DNA from: a bacterium
GTDB taxonomy: Bacteria > UBA8248 > JACPRG01 > G963555815
Direction: 5' to 3'
DNA: 64,000 nt
Assembly: GCA_963555815.3 (NCBI GenBank)
Contig: CAUVWX020000001.1
Location: 768,001 to 832,000 of the forward strand
A program made the translations under genes and the position numbers. Below the pieces are notes generated by a model that ran no database searches, was not told the DNA's origin, and saw only the letters and a list, made by a program, of their open reading frames with translations. Shown here one piece after another: positions 53,031 through 63,953 of the stretch (the first letter of the stretch is position 1; every line of letters starts with the position of its first letter).

Positions 53031-53816
53031 CTAGGAATTGGAGGCCCCAATAACGCCCTCGAGCGGGCTTGAGGCGGAGGCGTAAAGCTTTTTGGGGATC
53101 CGGCCCGCTTCGTAGGCCAGCCGGCCCGCCTCAACAGCAAGTCGCATGGCTCTTGCCATCTTGAGGGGGTCCTTGGCCCCTGCGATGCCGGTGTTCATCA
53201 GGACGGCGGTAGCGCCCATCTCGATGGCGATGGCGGCATCCGAGGCGGTCCCGACTCCGGCGTCCACGATGACGGGGACATGGGCCTGCTCCAGGATGAT
53301 TTGGAGGTTGTAGGGGTTTTGGAGCCCAAGGCCAGAGCCGATGGGGGCGGCAAGCGGCATGACGGCCGGGCAGCCCATCTCTTCTAGCTTCTTGCAGGTG
53401 ATTGGGTCATCGTTCGTGTAGGGGAGAACGACAAAGCCTTCGTCCACTAGGGTTTTTGTGGCCCGAAGGAGTCCTTCATTATCGGGGAAGAGGGTCTTTT
53501 CGTCGCCGATGACCTCAAGCTTGATGAGGTCTGTCCCGAGGGCCTCTCGGGCGAGACGGCTGGTCAGGATGGCCTCCTCGGCGGTGTAACAGCCGGCCGT
53601 ATTGGGAAGGAGTGTGATGCGATCCCGGTCGATGTAGTCCAGAAGAGATTCCTTTCCCGGGTCGTTCAGGCTGATCCGGCGGATGGCCACGGTCACGATC
53701 TCAGCCCCACTCTCCTCAATAGCCCGCCGGGTCTCTTCAAAGGAAGAATATTTGCCTGTCCCCACGATGAGTCTCGAGGTAAAGGTCCTGCCGCCAAGCT
53801 CATAGGTGGAACTCAT
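53031..53816 (-). CDS. thiG: thiazole synthase
   Basis: [38 protein letters not shown]. Confidence 0.97.
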   Translation of the reverse strand: MSSTYELGGRTFTSRLIVGTGKYSSFEETRRAIEESGAEIVTVAIRRISLNDPGKESLLDYIDRDRITLLPNTAGCYTAEEAILTSRLAREALGTDLIKLEVIGDEKTLFPDNEGLLRATKTLVDEGFVVLPYTNDDPITCKKLEEMGCPAVMPLAAPIGSGLGLQNPYNLQIILEQAHVPVIVDAGVGTASDAAIAIEMGATAVLMNTGIAGAKDPLKMARAMRLAVEAGRLAYEAGRIPKKLYASASSPLEGVIGASNS

Positions 53817-53909
53817 GATTTGCTCCTTCCGGGGACTTCCCGCAGAGTGGCGAGCCGGTTCTGCCCCCAAAACCGCCGGGCCTTTTCGGCGGACGCCAGC
53901 GCGTCATGC

Positions 53910-54143
53910 TCAGCTGGCCCCCCCCCCGACCGCGTGTATGATCTCAATCTGGTCCCCCTCCTCAAGGGTTGCCGAGGAGTAGTCAGAACGCGGAATGATG
54001 GCCTGATTACGAGCGACGGCCACACTAGATCCCTTCACACCGAGAAGATCAAGAAGCTCCTCTACGGAGAGATCTGACACTACGCGCCGTTCTTCCCCGT
54101 TCACCGAGACCGTGATTTTCCGCTCACTTTTCACCGCGCACAT
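53910..54143 (-). CDS. thiS: sulfur carrier protein ThiS
   Basis: VSVNGE, VAVARNQAIIPR, IEIIHAVGGG; start approximate. Confidence 0.9.
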   Translation of the reverse strand: MCAVKSERKITVSVNGEERRVVSDLSVEELLDLLGVKGSSVAVARNQAIIPRSDYSSATLEEGDQIEIIHAVGGGAS

Positions 54144-54180
54144 AAAAAAAACCGCCTGTTCAGATTTGGAACAAGCGGTT
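54144..54180 (-). terminator. riboswitch-controlled intrinsic terminator
   Basis: AACCGCTTGTTC-loop-GAACAGGCGGTT followed by a T-run. Confidence 0.85.
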
Positions 54181-54237
54181 GAAGGATCTGGCCCCCTTGA
54201 AGCCCTCGAAAGGGCCCCGGCTCGGCCAGCCGATTTC

Positions 54238-54321
54238 AACCGCTTCCCTACGCTGGCATTGCCCAGGTCAGGTTCAAAGGGTTGTCGGGAACCGACTCTC
54301 AGTCAGCCACCCCTAGCGGTT
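54238..54321 (-). promoter_or_regulatory. TPP riboswitch aptamer
   Basis: AGGGGTG..CTGAGA..ACCCTTTGAACCTGA..GG.AATGCC.GCGTAGGGAA upstream of thiSGE. Confidence 0.95.
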
Positions 54322-54330
54322 CTTTTAAAT

Positions 54331-54359
54331 AATATAGCCGCCACCTAGGCGATAGGCAA
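54331..54359 (-). promoter_or_regulatory. sigma70-like promoter of the thi leader
   Basis: TTGCCT-N17-TATATT just upstream of the aptamer. Confidence 0.55.
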
Positions 54360-54489
54360 GACCTTTCATGACACGAGAAGGTGCCTGGGATAGCCCCCCC
54401 ACTACCCACGCGGCAAATCTGTAAGGCCAGAGGCTTGGAGTTCGGTGCGCGTTAGGATGAAGGAGAAGGGAATGGTTTGGGAGGGAGAA

Positions 54490-57310
54490 TCAACCCTCAC
54501 TCTCGCACAGGTAGATGTGGTTGGACTCAGTCTCATCCACCCATTCCGTAAAGAAGTTCGGCATCACGCCGTTCGCTACGCTGCGAAGCTCATCCAGGAC
54601 TGCGCCGTCGGTCTTGCCCCCCAACGCCAGGGCTCGTGCATTCGCGGTGCAAGAAAACCCCTCCGAAACGTTCCCCAGACTCGGGTCATAGCCGAGACTG
54701 CGAAGTTCGGAGAGCAGCTCTTGCAGCTTTGCCTCGAAACGATTCTCATAAACAATCAAGATATTAATGGCCCCTCGGACCTCCGGATCAACGGACCCGA
54801 GCCGCTGGAACCCCTCGCCCACCCTACTCAGGATCATGTTGCCACCGCCGAGAAAGTCCGACCACTCCCAGTCCAGGGTGATGGAGCCACCATCCGAGGA
54901 AAGTTCCCCGTTAAAAGTCCCCGTGTCCAAGAGACGGTCCGGCCCATGCTTTCGAAGGAGGCTGCAGTCGTCCACGACACTCTCACCAGAGGATGTCGTG
55001 AACGTCACCGACCCATCTTCGTGGACAGTCCCCTCCAGGGGTTGACGGCCCTCTGCGTGCCTGACCCGGCCGTCCGGCGCCCCGCCACAACGCTCACTGG
55101 TAATTTCGTCGACCCAATGGTTTTCAGACGGTAGGGTGCCTACCGAATGGGTCGTCATGGATCCGCGAAGAGTGCTCCCGTCTGCTTGGAGCACCAGAGT
55201 GAGGGTCCTTTCCGAAGGGAAGGGAGTCCCACCGTCGGTCTTGTCCTGGCCAGTCCTGACTGTCGTCCACACCCCTTCTACCCTCGAAACCGTCCTCTCG
55301 GGCCGCAGGCTGACCCTACGCTCGGACTCCACGGCACTCAGGATTATGCTGTCGCCGCCGAGGAATTCCACCCACGTCCAATTTAGAGTGAGAGAGAGAT
55401 CGTCTGGAGAAAGCTCCCCACTATAGGTCCCTGTGGGTTGAATGGAATCTACCCCCCCTGAGCGCAGAAGACCGCACTCGTCCGAGAGGATTGCACCAGA
55501 GACCGTCGTGAACGTCACTGACCCATCTTCGTGGACGGTCCCCTCCAGGGGTTGACGGCTCTCTGCGGTCCTGACTCGACCGTCCGGCCCCACGCCACAA
55601 CGCTCACTGGTGACCTGGTCGACCCAATAGTTGTCTAAGGGAAGTGTGTCCACCTCACCTGCCACCAGGGCTCCTTGGACAGTCTGTCCCTCCACTTGAA
55701 GCGTCAGGGTAAGGGTCCTCTGCGTCGGGTAGGAAACGCCTTGATCGGTCTGCCACTCGCCCGTCCTCTCCGTCGTCCACACCCCTTCTACCCTCGAAAA
55801 CCCCCTCTCGCGCCGCAGGCGGGTATCCAGAGTCTCCTGCTCCTCAGGCCTTTCTCGTTCGATTCTGGCCAGGCGCCGTCGCTCGGCCTCCGCCCGTTCA
55901 GCGGTGTCGACAGCTGCCAGGCGGTCTATGGCCTCGCGGTCCTCGGGGAAGATGGTGAGTATCTTGTTGTAGTTCTGCCGAGCCCGCTCAAAATTGCCCC
56001 GCTCAAAGTCCTGCTCGCCCCACCCACGATAAATCTCCGCCATCTCCTGAAGCTTATCGAGCGCCCGAATGTTGCTCGGGTCCAGCCTCAGGGCCTCCTG
56101 AAGCGTCTCATGCGCATTGTCCCCAGCGGGCGTCGTGTAGCGCCGGCGTGAAAACTGAGAATCCGCCCGGTTCAAGAGCGCAACAAGCTTGTCGCCCTCG
56201 TCCCTTCGGGGAGGGCCCGGCCTCAGATCGGTCCGGCTCGCCAAAACCCCGTCTCGAGCAAGACGATACACAGGGGGGGGCCAGACGACCGTCGGCCAGC
56301 TGGCGCGCCAGGGGAAGAAGCCCCCGCTCACGGTCCGACCGAAACGCACCCTCCAAAACCCGCTTCGCCTCCTCATACTCATGCCCCGTGATGTTCCCCC
56401 CCTCAAGCAGCTCAGCCAAACGCCCCACCCGATCCCGGTCGGACGGGTCAGCGTGCTGCCGCCTCTCGACAGGCCCGGGCACGGAAAAGACAAACTGCCC
56501 CACACCCTGCATGGTCCCAAAGAAGGGCGTCTGTCGGCCTTGAGAGGCGGCCGTCACCCGACCCTGCACAAAGGCCGCAAGCTCCTCGGCCGTCAGGACG
56601 CCGTCCCGGGGGCTCACGTCCGCCTCACCATCCAGCCCCTCAAGAAGCCTTCGGGTAAAGAGCCCGTGACCCGCCTCCTCCCCCACCGGCTGGTCACGCT
56701 CACCAGCCGTCAGGATCTGACGAAGCCGACCCCGCGTGAGATGGTCCACGTCCACCCCCACCCCAGGCCTCTGCGTGACCACCACGCTCCGAGCCGCCAT
56801 CAAACCAGAGTAGCAAGCGTCCACCGCAAAGAAGACGTGCTTGGCAGGAAGCTCAAGCGAGAGGCTCTGGACCTCGCGCATCGGAATCCCGGTCTCGACA
56901 ATCCGATCCTTGTCCCCGTCCACAGGAAGGAGATAGCCCATCTCCCCTCCTCCCGGGAGGTCCCTCGTCAACCCATGACCAGCATAAAAGACAAAGACTC
57001 GGTCCTCTTCCTTCGTCTTACGAGACAGCTTCCCAAAGGCCGCCCGAATGGCCTGGGCCGTCGCCTCCTCATCCAAAAGTAAAATGATCTCAGAAAAACC
57101 AAGCTTAAGAAGGGACTCCTTCATGCTGTTGGCATCGTTCACGGCATAGTTGAGCCTCGGGGCACCGCCCTTATAAGCGTTAATCCCAACCACGATCGCA
57201 TAGGAGTCGCCATACGGGCTTGACACCTGCGCTCGGGCCACCCCGGACATAGAAAACAAGAAGGTGAAAATGAAAGACGCCACCCAGACGAAAGTTCGAG
57301 TAGCTTTCAT
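54490..57310 (-). pseudogene. secreted caspase-like (peptidase C14) protein with TPR and duplicated beta-rich domains, frameshifted at a C8 tract
   Basis: Signal peptide; His-Cys dyad FYAGHG / DACYSG; TPR-like ALRLDPSN and ILTIFPED; C8 (G8 at 56273-56280) to C7 fuses ORFs 56108-57310 and 54490-56520. Confidence 0.8.
54781..55800 (-). repeat. 510-bp (170-aa) internal tandem duplication
   Basis: SRVEGVWTT, SERCG..PDGRVR.AE.RQPLEGTVHEDGSVTFTT and GG..IILS each occur twice; identical DNA blocks start at 55262 and 55772. Confidence 0.9.
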
Positions 57311-57531
57311 GACGTCTATTTCCCCTTAAAAGGAGTCTCCCTAAAGTGAAATCTCTGTGAAGAAAATTTAAGAGAAAATGTCAATTAAATCAAGCCTCCC
57401 TTAGCCTTCCAGGGGCCCCGCAGCACAAGGAAACCCCTTTTTTCTCTATCCCCTGAGTAGGTCAACAGGACCCATGGGAGAATAATTCCCTTGATACCCC
57501 AATATCGCCACGCGTCAAGACAAGGTGTGGA

Positions 57532-58086
57532 TCACATCCTCGGCAGGGTCACCCCCTTCTGCGACTGGTATTTCCCTTTTTTGTCCTGATAGGAGACCAT
57601 GCACTCCTCGTCGCTCTCAAAGAAGAGGACCTGTGCAATACCCTCATTGGCATAGATTTTCGCCGGGAGGGGCGTTGTGTTTGAAACCTCGAGCGTCGCA
57701 TAGCCCTCCCATTCGGGCTCAAATGGGGTCACATTCACAATGATGCCGCAGCGGGCGTAAGTGGATTTCCCAACGCAAATCGTCAATACCATTCTTGGAA
57801 TTCGAAAGTATTCGACGGTTCGCCCAAGGCAGAAAGAATTCGGGGGGATGATGCAGGAATCTCCCGTGCGTTCTATCAGAGAGCCCTCATCAAAGGCTTT
57901 TGGGTCCACAATGGCGCTATTGACGTTAGTGAAGATCTTGAATTCGTTGGCAATCCGGATATCGTACCCATAGGAGGAAAGACCGAAGGAGACGACCCCT
58001 TCTCGGATTTGCTTCTCCTCAAATGGCTCTATCATCCGGTGCTTAAGAGCCATCTCCTTGATCCAGCGGTCACTTTTGATGCTCAT
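57532..58086 (-). CDS. dcd: dCTP deaminase
   Basis: [34 protein letters not shown]. Confidence 0.96.
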   Translation of the reverse strand: MSIKSDRWIKEMALKHRMIEPFEEKQIREGVVSFGLSSYGYDIRIANEFKIFTNVNSAIVDPKAFDEGSLIERTGDSCIIPPNSFCLGRTVEYFRIPRMVLTICVGKSTYARCGIIVNVTPFEPEWEGYATLEVSNTTPLPAKIYANEGIAQVLFFESDEECMVSYQDKKGKYQSQKGVTLPRM

Positions 58087-59461
58087 AAGAAACTCCTCTT
58101 TTGATCTCTCCCGCCAATCGGGCCTCATCCCCCAGAGCCAGCTCCGCCGCGTGTCGGCCGCTCTGGACGGCACCCTCAATGGTGGCCGGAAGGCCCGTGT
58201 CTGTCCAGTCACCGGCTAGGTAGAGGTTTGCAACGGCGGTGCGCGCCCCCGGCCGCCTCTTCTCCACTTCGAGCCGAGGGGAGAAGGTGGCGTGCTTCTC
58301 TTTGACGACGACGGCGTGGCTAAGCCCGGCCTTCCGCGCCGCGGGAACGACCCGGCGAAGGTCCCGGAGGCCCATCTCGATAAGCTCCTCCTTGTTCTTC
58401 TCCACGTGGGCCGACGCCCCGCTCATGACGAGGGCAAGATATTGGCCGGGCCGGTCATAACCCTGAAAGAGCAAGCTCTTATTAAAGAGCCATTGCCACT
58501 CAGTGTCTAGCAGAGCCGCAAAGGGTCGGTCGGTGACGGGGCGGTCGAGCCAGAGATTGACGGAGATGATGGGTGAGGAAGGAATCCCTCGGCAAGGCTG
58601 AAGGGAAGGAACCTTCTTCAGAAGTTCATCGTCCAGGAGGGCCTCCAGGGAATGGTGGTCCACCGCCAGAATGAAGATTTCCGCTGAGAGTTTTTCGCCG
58701 TGGGCCAGCTCGACCGCTTTCACTCGGTCCCCCTGGAAATGAAAGCTCCTGATCCGGCTTCCCAGACGGACCTCTCCCTGATGGCCCTCGATGAATCTCC
58801 TCGCGTTCTCGACATAAAGTTGGCTCAATCCCACCCTGGAGATCCCGATTCGCGAGCCTTTCCTTGGGCCAAAGAAGCCCCGGCGAAGGACGGCCTCCAG
58901 GAGCTTGGCCGAAGCCAACCGGGGGACCTCGTTGAGGGCGGAGATGGCGATGACGTTCCAAAAATTCCTCTGCGCTCGCTCCGTCTGGCCGAGGGTTTTT
59001 AGCCACTCTTCCACCGTGAGCCCTTCGCTCGAATGTCTTTGTCCATCCCGGCCCCAAGCGAGGCTCCGGGCGAGTCGCCACATCCTCGCCTTATCCCCAA
59101 GACCCAGGCTCTTTAGCCTGAACGCCCCGGCGAAAAGGTGCCAGGGGCTCGGCAACCTCGGACACCGAAGCGAGGTATGTCCTTCTTGTTCCCCAAAAAA
59201 GTCTACCCGGAGGTCATCCTGAAAGGAGAGCTTTTCGAAGCTTCCGATCTGTCTTAGGAAGCGGAAGGTCTCGGTGAAGGTGCCCATAAAGAGGTGCTGC
59301 CCATTGTCCACCACGTCCTCGGTCTTCGGATCTGTGTAGGAGTATGCCCTTCCGCCCAACCTGCCTCGGCCCTCCACCAAGAGGATTTTTGCCCCTTGAG
59401 AGGCCAGCTCGCAGGCACAGGAGAGACCGGCGAAGCCGCCTCCGATAACGATGGCCCTCAT
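58070..59461 (-). CDS. hpnE: hydroxysqualene dehydroxylase
   Basis: FAD motif [43 protein letters not shown]; follows hpnCD. Confidence 0.92.
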   Translation of the reverse strand: MRAIVIGGGFAGLSCACELASQGAKILLVEGRGRLGGRAYSYTDPKTEDVVDNGQHLFMGTFTETFRFLRQIGSFEKLSFQDDLRVDFFGEQEGHTSLRCPRLPSPWHLFAGAFRLKSLGLGDKARMWRLARSLAWGRDGQRHSSEGLTVEEWLKTLGQTERAQRNFWNVIAISALNEVPRLASAKLLEAVLRRGFFGPRKGSRIGISRVGLSQLYVENARRFIEGHQGEVRLGSRIRSFHFQGDRVKAVELAHGEKLSAEIFILAVDHHSLEALLDDELLKKVPSLQPCRGIPSSPIISVNLWLDRPVTDRPFAALLDTEWQWLFNKSLLFQGYDRPGQYLALVMSGASAHVEKNKEELIEMGLRDLRRVVPAARKAGLSHAVVVKEKHATFSPRLEVEKRRPGARTAVANLYLAGDWTDTGLPATIEGAVQSGRHAAELALGDEARLAGEIKRGVSYEHQK

Positions 59462-60366
59462 CGTTTGACGCGGCGAAGAGGGCCCTTCCCTAGAGGCACC
59501 CGGGGTCCTGCTGACAATCGGTAGTCCTTCCAGACCTTCAGGGCGATGTAGAGCTTTTGATATCTCGGGAGGGCGATCGGGCGGTTGAAGACGTCATAAT
59601 GCAGTCCTTCAATCCTCCCCAAGAGGGCGCGGTAGATGGCGCACATGATCTGGGCGGCGATGAGGTTTGGCCGATCCTCTGACGCGATGGCCGCCGAGGC
59701 CATGCGATAGTAGCCCTGGGCCCGCTGGGACTCAAAGGCCATGAGGGAAATGAAGCGGTCATCGTACTGGCCCCGAAGGAGCTCTTGCTCCGAATAACCG
59801 AAGCGGTCGAGATCATCCAGGGGGAGATAGATCCTCCCCCGCTCGGCATCTGTCTTGAGGTCCCGCAAGATATTGGTGAGTTGAAGCGCCACCCCCAGCT
59901 TCTCGGCGTACACCTTAGCCTGGGGGGTTTGGTAGCCGAAGACCTCGATGCACATCAGGCCGACGACAGAGGCCACGTGGTAGCAGTAGGTGTAAAGCTC
60001 CTCGAAGGTGCGGTAGCGCGTCTTGTGGAGGTCCATCTCGACCCCGTCGATGAGGGCGTCCAGGTACTCGCGGGGGATCGAGAACCGATGGACGCACTCT
60101 GAAAGCTTGACCGAGATGGGGTGGCGGGGGCCGCCGTTGAAGATTCGGTCCACCTCCTCGCGCCAGTCGCCAAGGCGCTCGGCGCTGCTGTGGGGGTCTG
60201 GCTCCTGGTCTGCAATGTCGTCCACGGCCCGACAAAAGGCGTAGACCGAATAGATGGCCTCGCGTTGCTCTTTGGGCAGAAAGAGGAAGGAGTAATAAAA
60301 GTTCGAGCGGCTCCGCTTGGCGATCCCCTTGCAATATTTAAGTGAGGTAGAGCGTCTGGGAATCAT
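59458..60366 (-). CDS. hpnD: presqualene diphosphate synthase
   Basis: SNFYYSF, YAFCRAVDDIAD, LQLTNILRD, RIYLP. Confidence 0.9.
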   Translation of the reverse strand: MIPRRSTSLKYCKGIAKRSRSNFYYSFLFLPKEQREAIYSVYAFCRAVDDIADQEPDPHSSAERLGDWREEVDRIFNGGPRHPISVKLSECVHRFSIPREYLDALIDGVEMDLHKTRYRTFEELYTYCYHVASVVGLMCIEVFGYQTPQAKVYAEKLGVALQLTNILRDLKTDAERGRIYLPLDDLDRFGYSEQELLRGQYDDRFISLMAFESQRAQGYYRMASAAIASEDRPNLIAAQIMCAIYRALLGRIEGLHYDVFNRPIALPRYQKLYIALKVWKDYRLSAGPRVPLGKGPLRRVKR

Positions 60367-60367
60367 C

Positions 60368-61336
60368 TCAGCGGAATTTCGGCCCGAAGGCCGAACGGGC
60401 CAGAACGGAAATTTTATCCCAAAGGTTCAACGTGGGCCGGTGCCCGAAGACGTCAAACTGGCAAGTCTCCACGCGACGGAGGATCCGGGTCCCCCCCAGC
60501 CAGGTGAGGCGCATCTCAAACCGAAGGTTTTTAGACACCCGGCTCAAGAGGGGACGGCCCCGCTCAAAGAGGTCCCAGGTCCGCTCCGCCTCAAGACCCA
60601 TCAGCTTCACGAAGGCGCTGTTGTAGGTCCTTGAGAAAAGGTCCTGCTCTGAGTAGTCAAATTGGGCCATATCCACCTGAGGCAGATAGATCCGGTTTTT
60701 TTTCCGGTCCACGTCCACGTCCTGCCAGAAGTTGGTGAGTTGGAGGGCCGTGCAGATGGAGTCGGAGAGGGTGTGGAGCTCCGGGTCGCGACAGTTGAAG
60801 ATATAGAGGACCAGCTGGCCCACGGGGTTGGCCGAGTGGCGGCAATAGAAGAGGAGGTCCTCGAAGGTTTTATGGCGGTTTTGGGTCGCATCCATACGGT
60901 AGGCCTGAAGGAGGGCCCGAAGTGGCTCGATGGGGATGCCAAACTTGACCACGGTCTCCCGAAGGGCGATGAAGACGGGATGGCTTACCTCCCCCTGATA
61001 GCACTTCCCCAGGAGCTCGTCCCATTCGTCCAGGAGCGGCAGGCGGGCCTCTTTGAACCTGGCCTCGTCGGCGAAGTCGTCGGCCGTCCTTGCGAAACCG
61101 TAGATGGCGTGGACATAGGGCCGTTTCTCCCGGGCGATGAAACGGGAGCCCACGGGAAAGTTTTCATAGTGGGTGGTGGCCATAGCGGTGCAATAGGCGA
61201 ACGAGGACTCCAGGTCCCAGGCTTTTTGCGGTCCGGCCGGCGAGGGCGGAGGAGTCACCGCGGCTCGGCGGATCTCCACCAAGGTTTCGGGGGCAGGGGG
61301 GGCGGTTTCGATGGGAGGCACCGCCTTAGCGTTCAT
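60368..61336 (-). CDS. hpnC: hydroxysqualene synthase
   Basis: HYENFPVGS, ARTADDFADE, YCRHSANPVG, LQLTNFWQD. Confidence 0.93.
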   Translation of the reverse strand: MNAKAVPPIETAPPAPETLVEIRRAAVTPPPSPAGPQKAWDLESSFAYCTAMATTHYENFPVGSRFIAREKRPYVHAIYGFARTADDFADEARFKEARLPLLDEWDELLGKCYQGEVSHPVFIALRETVVKFGIPIEPLRALLQAYRMDATQNRHKTFEDLLFYCRHSANPVGQLVLYIFNCRDPELHTLSDSICTALQLTNFWQDVDVDRKKNRIYLPQVDMAQFDYSEQDLFSRTYNSAFVKLMGLEAERTWDLFERGRPLLSRVSKNLRFEMRLTWLGGTRILRRVETCQFDVFGHRPTLNLWDKISVLARSAFGPKFR

Positions 61337-61393
61337 AGGGGGAGTTTTGATAATCTCCAGAGCTTTAACCCTTAAAGTACCTGGCGTCTCTTG

Positions 61394-61923
61394 TCACCAG
61401 CTCATCTGGTGCAAGAGGTACTGATAGAAGGGGTCGGTCAGGAACTCTCGTTCGACGTTGAGTCCCCTGACACAGTCCTCAAAGACGTCCGAGAGCTTTC
61501 GAAAGAGGGAGGCAGGGGGGCGAAGGGCGTCCATCTCAGACACCTTATGGTAGGCCCTTTTGTCCTGGCTCACGAAGAACCGAGCCCCGCCCAAACGCTG
61601 CTCTCTCTCCAGGCCATCCGGATAGAGGCCGGTGAAGAAGAGGCAGTAGTCCCCGATATGCTTTCGGACCTCCCGGGGGTTTAGATGTGCCATCTCTTCC
61701 GCTTCCATGAGCATAGAGAGGGATTTTTTGATCTCTTGGCCCGCCTCGTCCCGGAGACAATAGAGGTTGTTAACATGGGCGAAATCCACCAGGATGTCCG
61801 AGACATAGGCCACAATTCTCTGGTTTTCAAGCCCACCATGTCAAAACTGGAGGTCGTCAAACGCCGCAGAAGGCGACAGAGAGGGTGGTCGCGGGGGATC
61901 CCCTTCTTTCGGGAGATGAGCAT
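61394..61923 (-). pseudogene. conserved-looking hypothetical protein, frameshifted near 61832
   Basis: IPRDHPLCRLLRRLT in one frame continues as ENQRIVAYVSDILVDF...KHIGDYCLFFTGLYP in another; adding one G to GTGGGC joins them. Confidence 0.6.
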
Positions 61924-62008
61924 CGACCTCTCTTTCCCAATGGATGCAGAACTTAAAAATCGTCCCACACCCGGTCTATGCTGTCAACCTCCACAGCGGC
62001 AGCACTGC

Positions 62009-62017
62009 TGGTATAAT
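62009..62017 (+). promoter_or_regulatory. extended -10 promoter TGnTATAAT
   Basis: TGGTATAAT ending 9 nt before ATG 62027. Confidence 0.55.
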
Positions 62018-62026
62018 AAGAACCAT

Positions 62027-62998
62027 ATGCTGACGCGTCGTTTTTGCCTTCAGGCCCTTTTTATCCTCCTTTCCGCCCTCTTTGCGGCGTCGCTCACCTT
62101 CTCCCAAGAAATTCGGGTCCTTCAGGGAGACGGATTCGACGTCAAGTCCGTCGCCTTTTCGCCGGACGGGCGCATCCTCGCGTCGGGGTTAACTTCCGGG
62201 ACCATTCTCCTCTGGGAGGCCTCGTCAGGAAAAGAGATCAGGCGCCTTGAGGGGCATACGGGCTATGTCTTCTCCATCTCCTTTTCGCCCGATGGCCATC
62301 TCTTGGCCTCGGGGTCATCGATAGACAACACCATCCGCCTCTGGGACGTGTCATCGGGGGAAGAACTGAAACGCCTTGAGGGGCATGGAAGCTATATCAG
62401 GTCCGTCTCTTTTTCCCCGGATGGTCGCTTGCTGGCCTCAGGGTCTGATGACAGGACAGTCCGCCTCTGGGACGTTTCGTCTGGGAGGGAGCTGGCGCGC
62501 CTAGTGGGGCACGGAAATGTGGTCGGCTCGGTCGCCTTCTCGCCCGATGGGCGCCTCCTGGCGTCGGGGGCATGGGACCGCACGATTCGCTTCTGGGATG
62601 TCTCCTCAACAAAAGCGTTAAGGCGCCTTGAGGGGCTTGCGGACTTCGTGGTGTCCATCTCCTTCTCGTCTGACGGTGGCCTTCTGGCATCAGGATTGGC
62701 TGATGGGACGATCCATATTTGGGAGGTCTCCTCAGGGAGAGAGCTGAGGCGCCTTGAGGGGCATCGCTTTGCGGTCAACTCCGTGTCCTTTTCGCCCGAT
62801 GGCCGCCTTGTCGCCTCAGCGTCAGATGACCAGACCGTCCGACTCTGGGAGGTCTCCTCAGGGAAAGAACTAAGGAGATTCAAGGGACATGGCGGCTCTG
62901 CCAACTCCGTCGCTTTTTCGCCCGATGGCCGTCTCCTGGCGTCGGGGTTAGATGACAAAACGGTCCGCCTCTGGGAAGTTCCCGCAAAACCACCCTGA
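62027..62998 (+). CDS. secreted 7-bladed WD40 repeat protein
   Basis: Signal peptide, then seven GH..V.SV.FSPDG..LASGS.D.T.RLW repeats. Confidence 0.92.
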   Translation: MLTRRFCLQALFILLSALFAASLTFSQEIRVLQGDGFDVKSVAFSPDGRILASGLTSGTILLWEASSGKEIRRLEGHTGYVFSISFSPDGHLLASGSSIDNTIRLWDVSSGEELKRLEGHGSYIRSVSFSPDGRLLASGSDDRTVRLWDVSSGRELARLVGHGNVVGSVAFSPDGRLLASGAWDRTIRFWDVSSTKALRRLEGLADFVVSISFSSDGGLLASGLADGTIHIWEVSSGRELRRLEGHRFAVNSVSFSPDGRLVASASDDQTVRLWEVSSGKELRRFKGHGGSANSVAFSPDGRLLASGLDDKTVRLWEVPAKPP

Positions 62999-63086
62999 TC
63001 CTGCAAAAGACCTTCGTCAAAGAAGAGAAAGAAAAGGCCTGAGAGATCTTTTGTTGGTATGATTAAGGTCACAGGGAGGTTGACTC

Positions 63087-63542
63087 ATGCACAGATGGTC
63101 CCTTCGGGCCTTGACCGCCCTTCTGTTTGCCCTTCTGACCGCACCTCCCGCCCTTTCCCAGGCAGTTCGGGTCCTGGAGGGGGGAGGCTGGGTCTCCTCT
63201 GTCGCCTTTTCCCCCGATGGCCGCCTCTTCGTCTCTGGGTCAAACGACGAAACTATCCGTCTTTGGGACGTGTCCTCAGGAAAGGAAGTAAGGCGTCTGG
63301 AGGGACATGAAAAGACGGTCTTCTCCGTCGCCTTTTCCCCTGACGGCCGCCTCCTCGCTTCTGGGTCGGTGGACCCCACCATCCGGCTTTGGGATGTCAC
63401 CACAGGGATAGAATTGAGACGTCTGGAGGGGCATGAATCCTTTGTCCTCTCTGTCGCCTTTTCCCCTGACGGCCGTTTTCTTGCCTCTGGGTCAGCAGAT
63501 CTCACCGTCCGTCTTTGGGAATTTTCAGCCAAACCACCCTAA
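63087..63542 (+). CDS. secreted 3-repeat WD40 protein, paralog of the upstream gene
   Basis: Signal peptide, three WD40 repeats, same C-terminus AKPP. Confidence 0.88.
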   Translation: MHRWSLRALTALLFALLTAPPALSQAVRVLEGGGWVSSVAFSPDGRLFVSGSNDETIRLWDVSSGKEVRRLEGHEKTVFSVAFSPDGRLLASGSVDPTIRLWDVTTGIELRRLEGHESFVLSVAFSPDGRFLASGSADLTVRLWEFSAKPP

Positions 63543-63572
63543 TCCCGCCGAAGGCCCTGAGGAGAACGCACA

Positions 63573-63953
63573 ATGCCTCAGATCTGGGTAGAGGTGGAAG
63601 AGAGCCGCAACTGCCCATACAGCCCACAGCAGGTGTTCGAGACGTTGGGCGAGGTGAAGACGGCCGCCGAGATCCGTGTGGCGGACGTGGCGGGGAACGA
63701 GGTGTCAGAAATCATTGCCGGGTGGTCAAGCGTGGACGGGGGGAGCCCCTGTCCCGTCCGGTATGTGAAGGTGACGGACTCGGGATCGGGCGTCTCTCTC
63801 CTGGTGTGCGGAGGAGATTTTGGGATTCGGGTCCGGCCGGCAGACCGCCCAGGACCCTGGAACCTGGCGGACAGCGCTCAGAGGGGCGAGGCTTACCTGC
63901 TGCTGGATTCCCAAGCAACGGTGACGCCGTTAGACAACCCCAACAGTTCTTGA
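63573..63953 (+). CDS. hypothetical protein
   Basis: 126-aa ORF with SD GAGGAG and host-like codon usage. Confidence 0.65.
   Translation: MPQIWVEVEESRNCPYSPQQVFETLGEVKTAAEIRVADVAGNEVSEIIAGWSSVDGGSPCPVRYVKVTDSGSGVSLLVCGGDFGIRVRPADRPGPWNLADSAQRGEAYLLLDSQATVTPLDNPNSS

Noticed and set aside
61685..62026. N-terminal extension of the WD40 ORF given in the ORF track
   Set aside because: It overlaps the opposite-strand gene; the promoter and signal peptide indicate a start at 62027.
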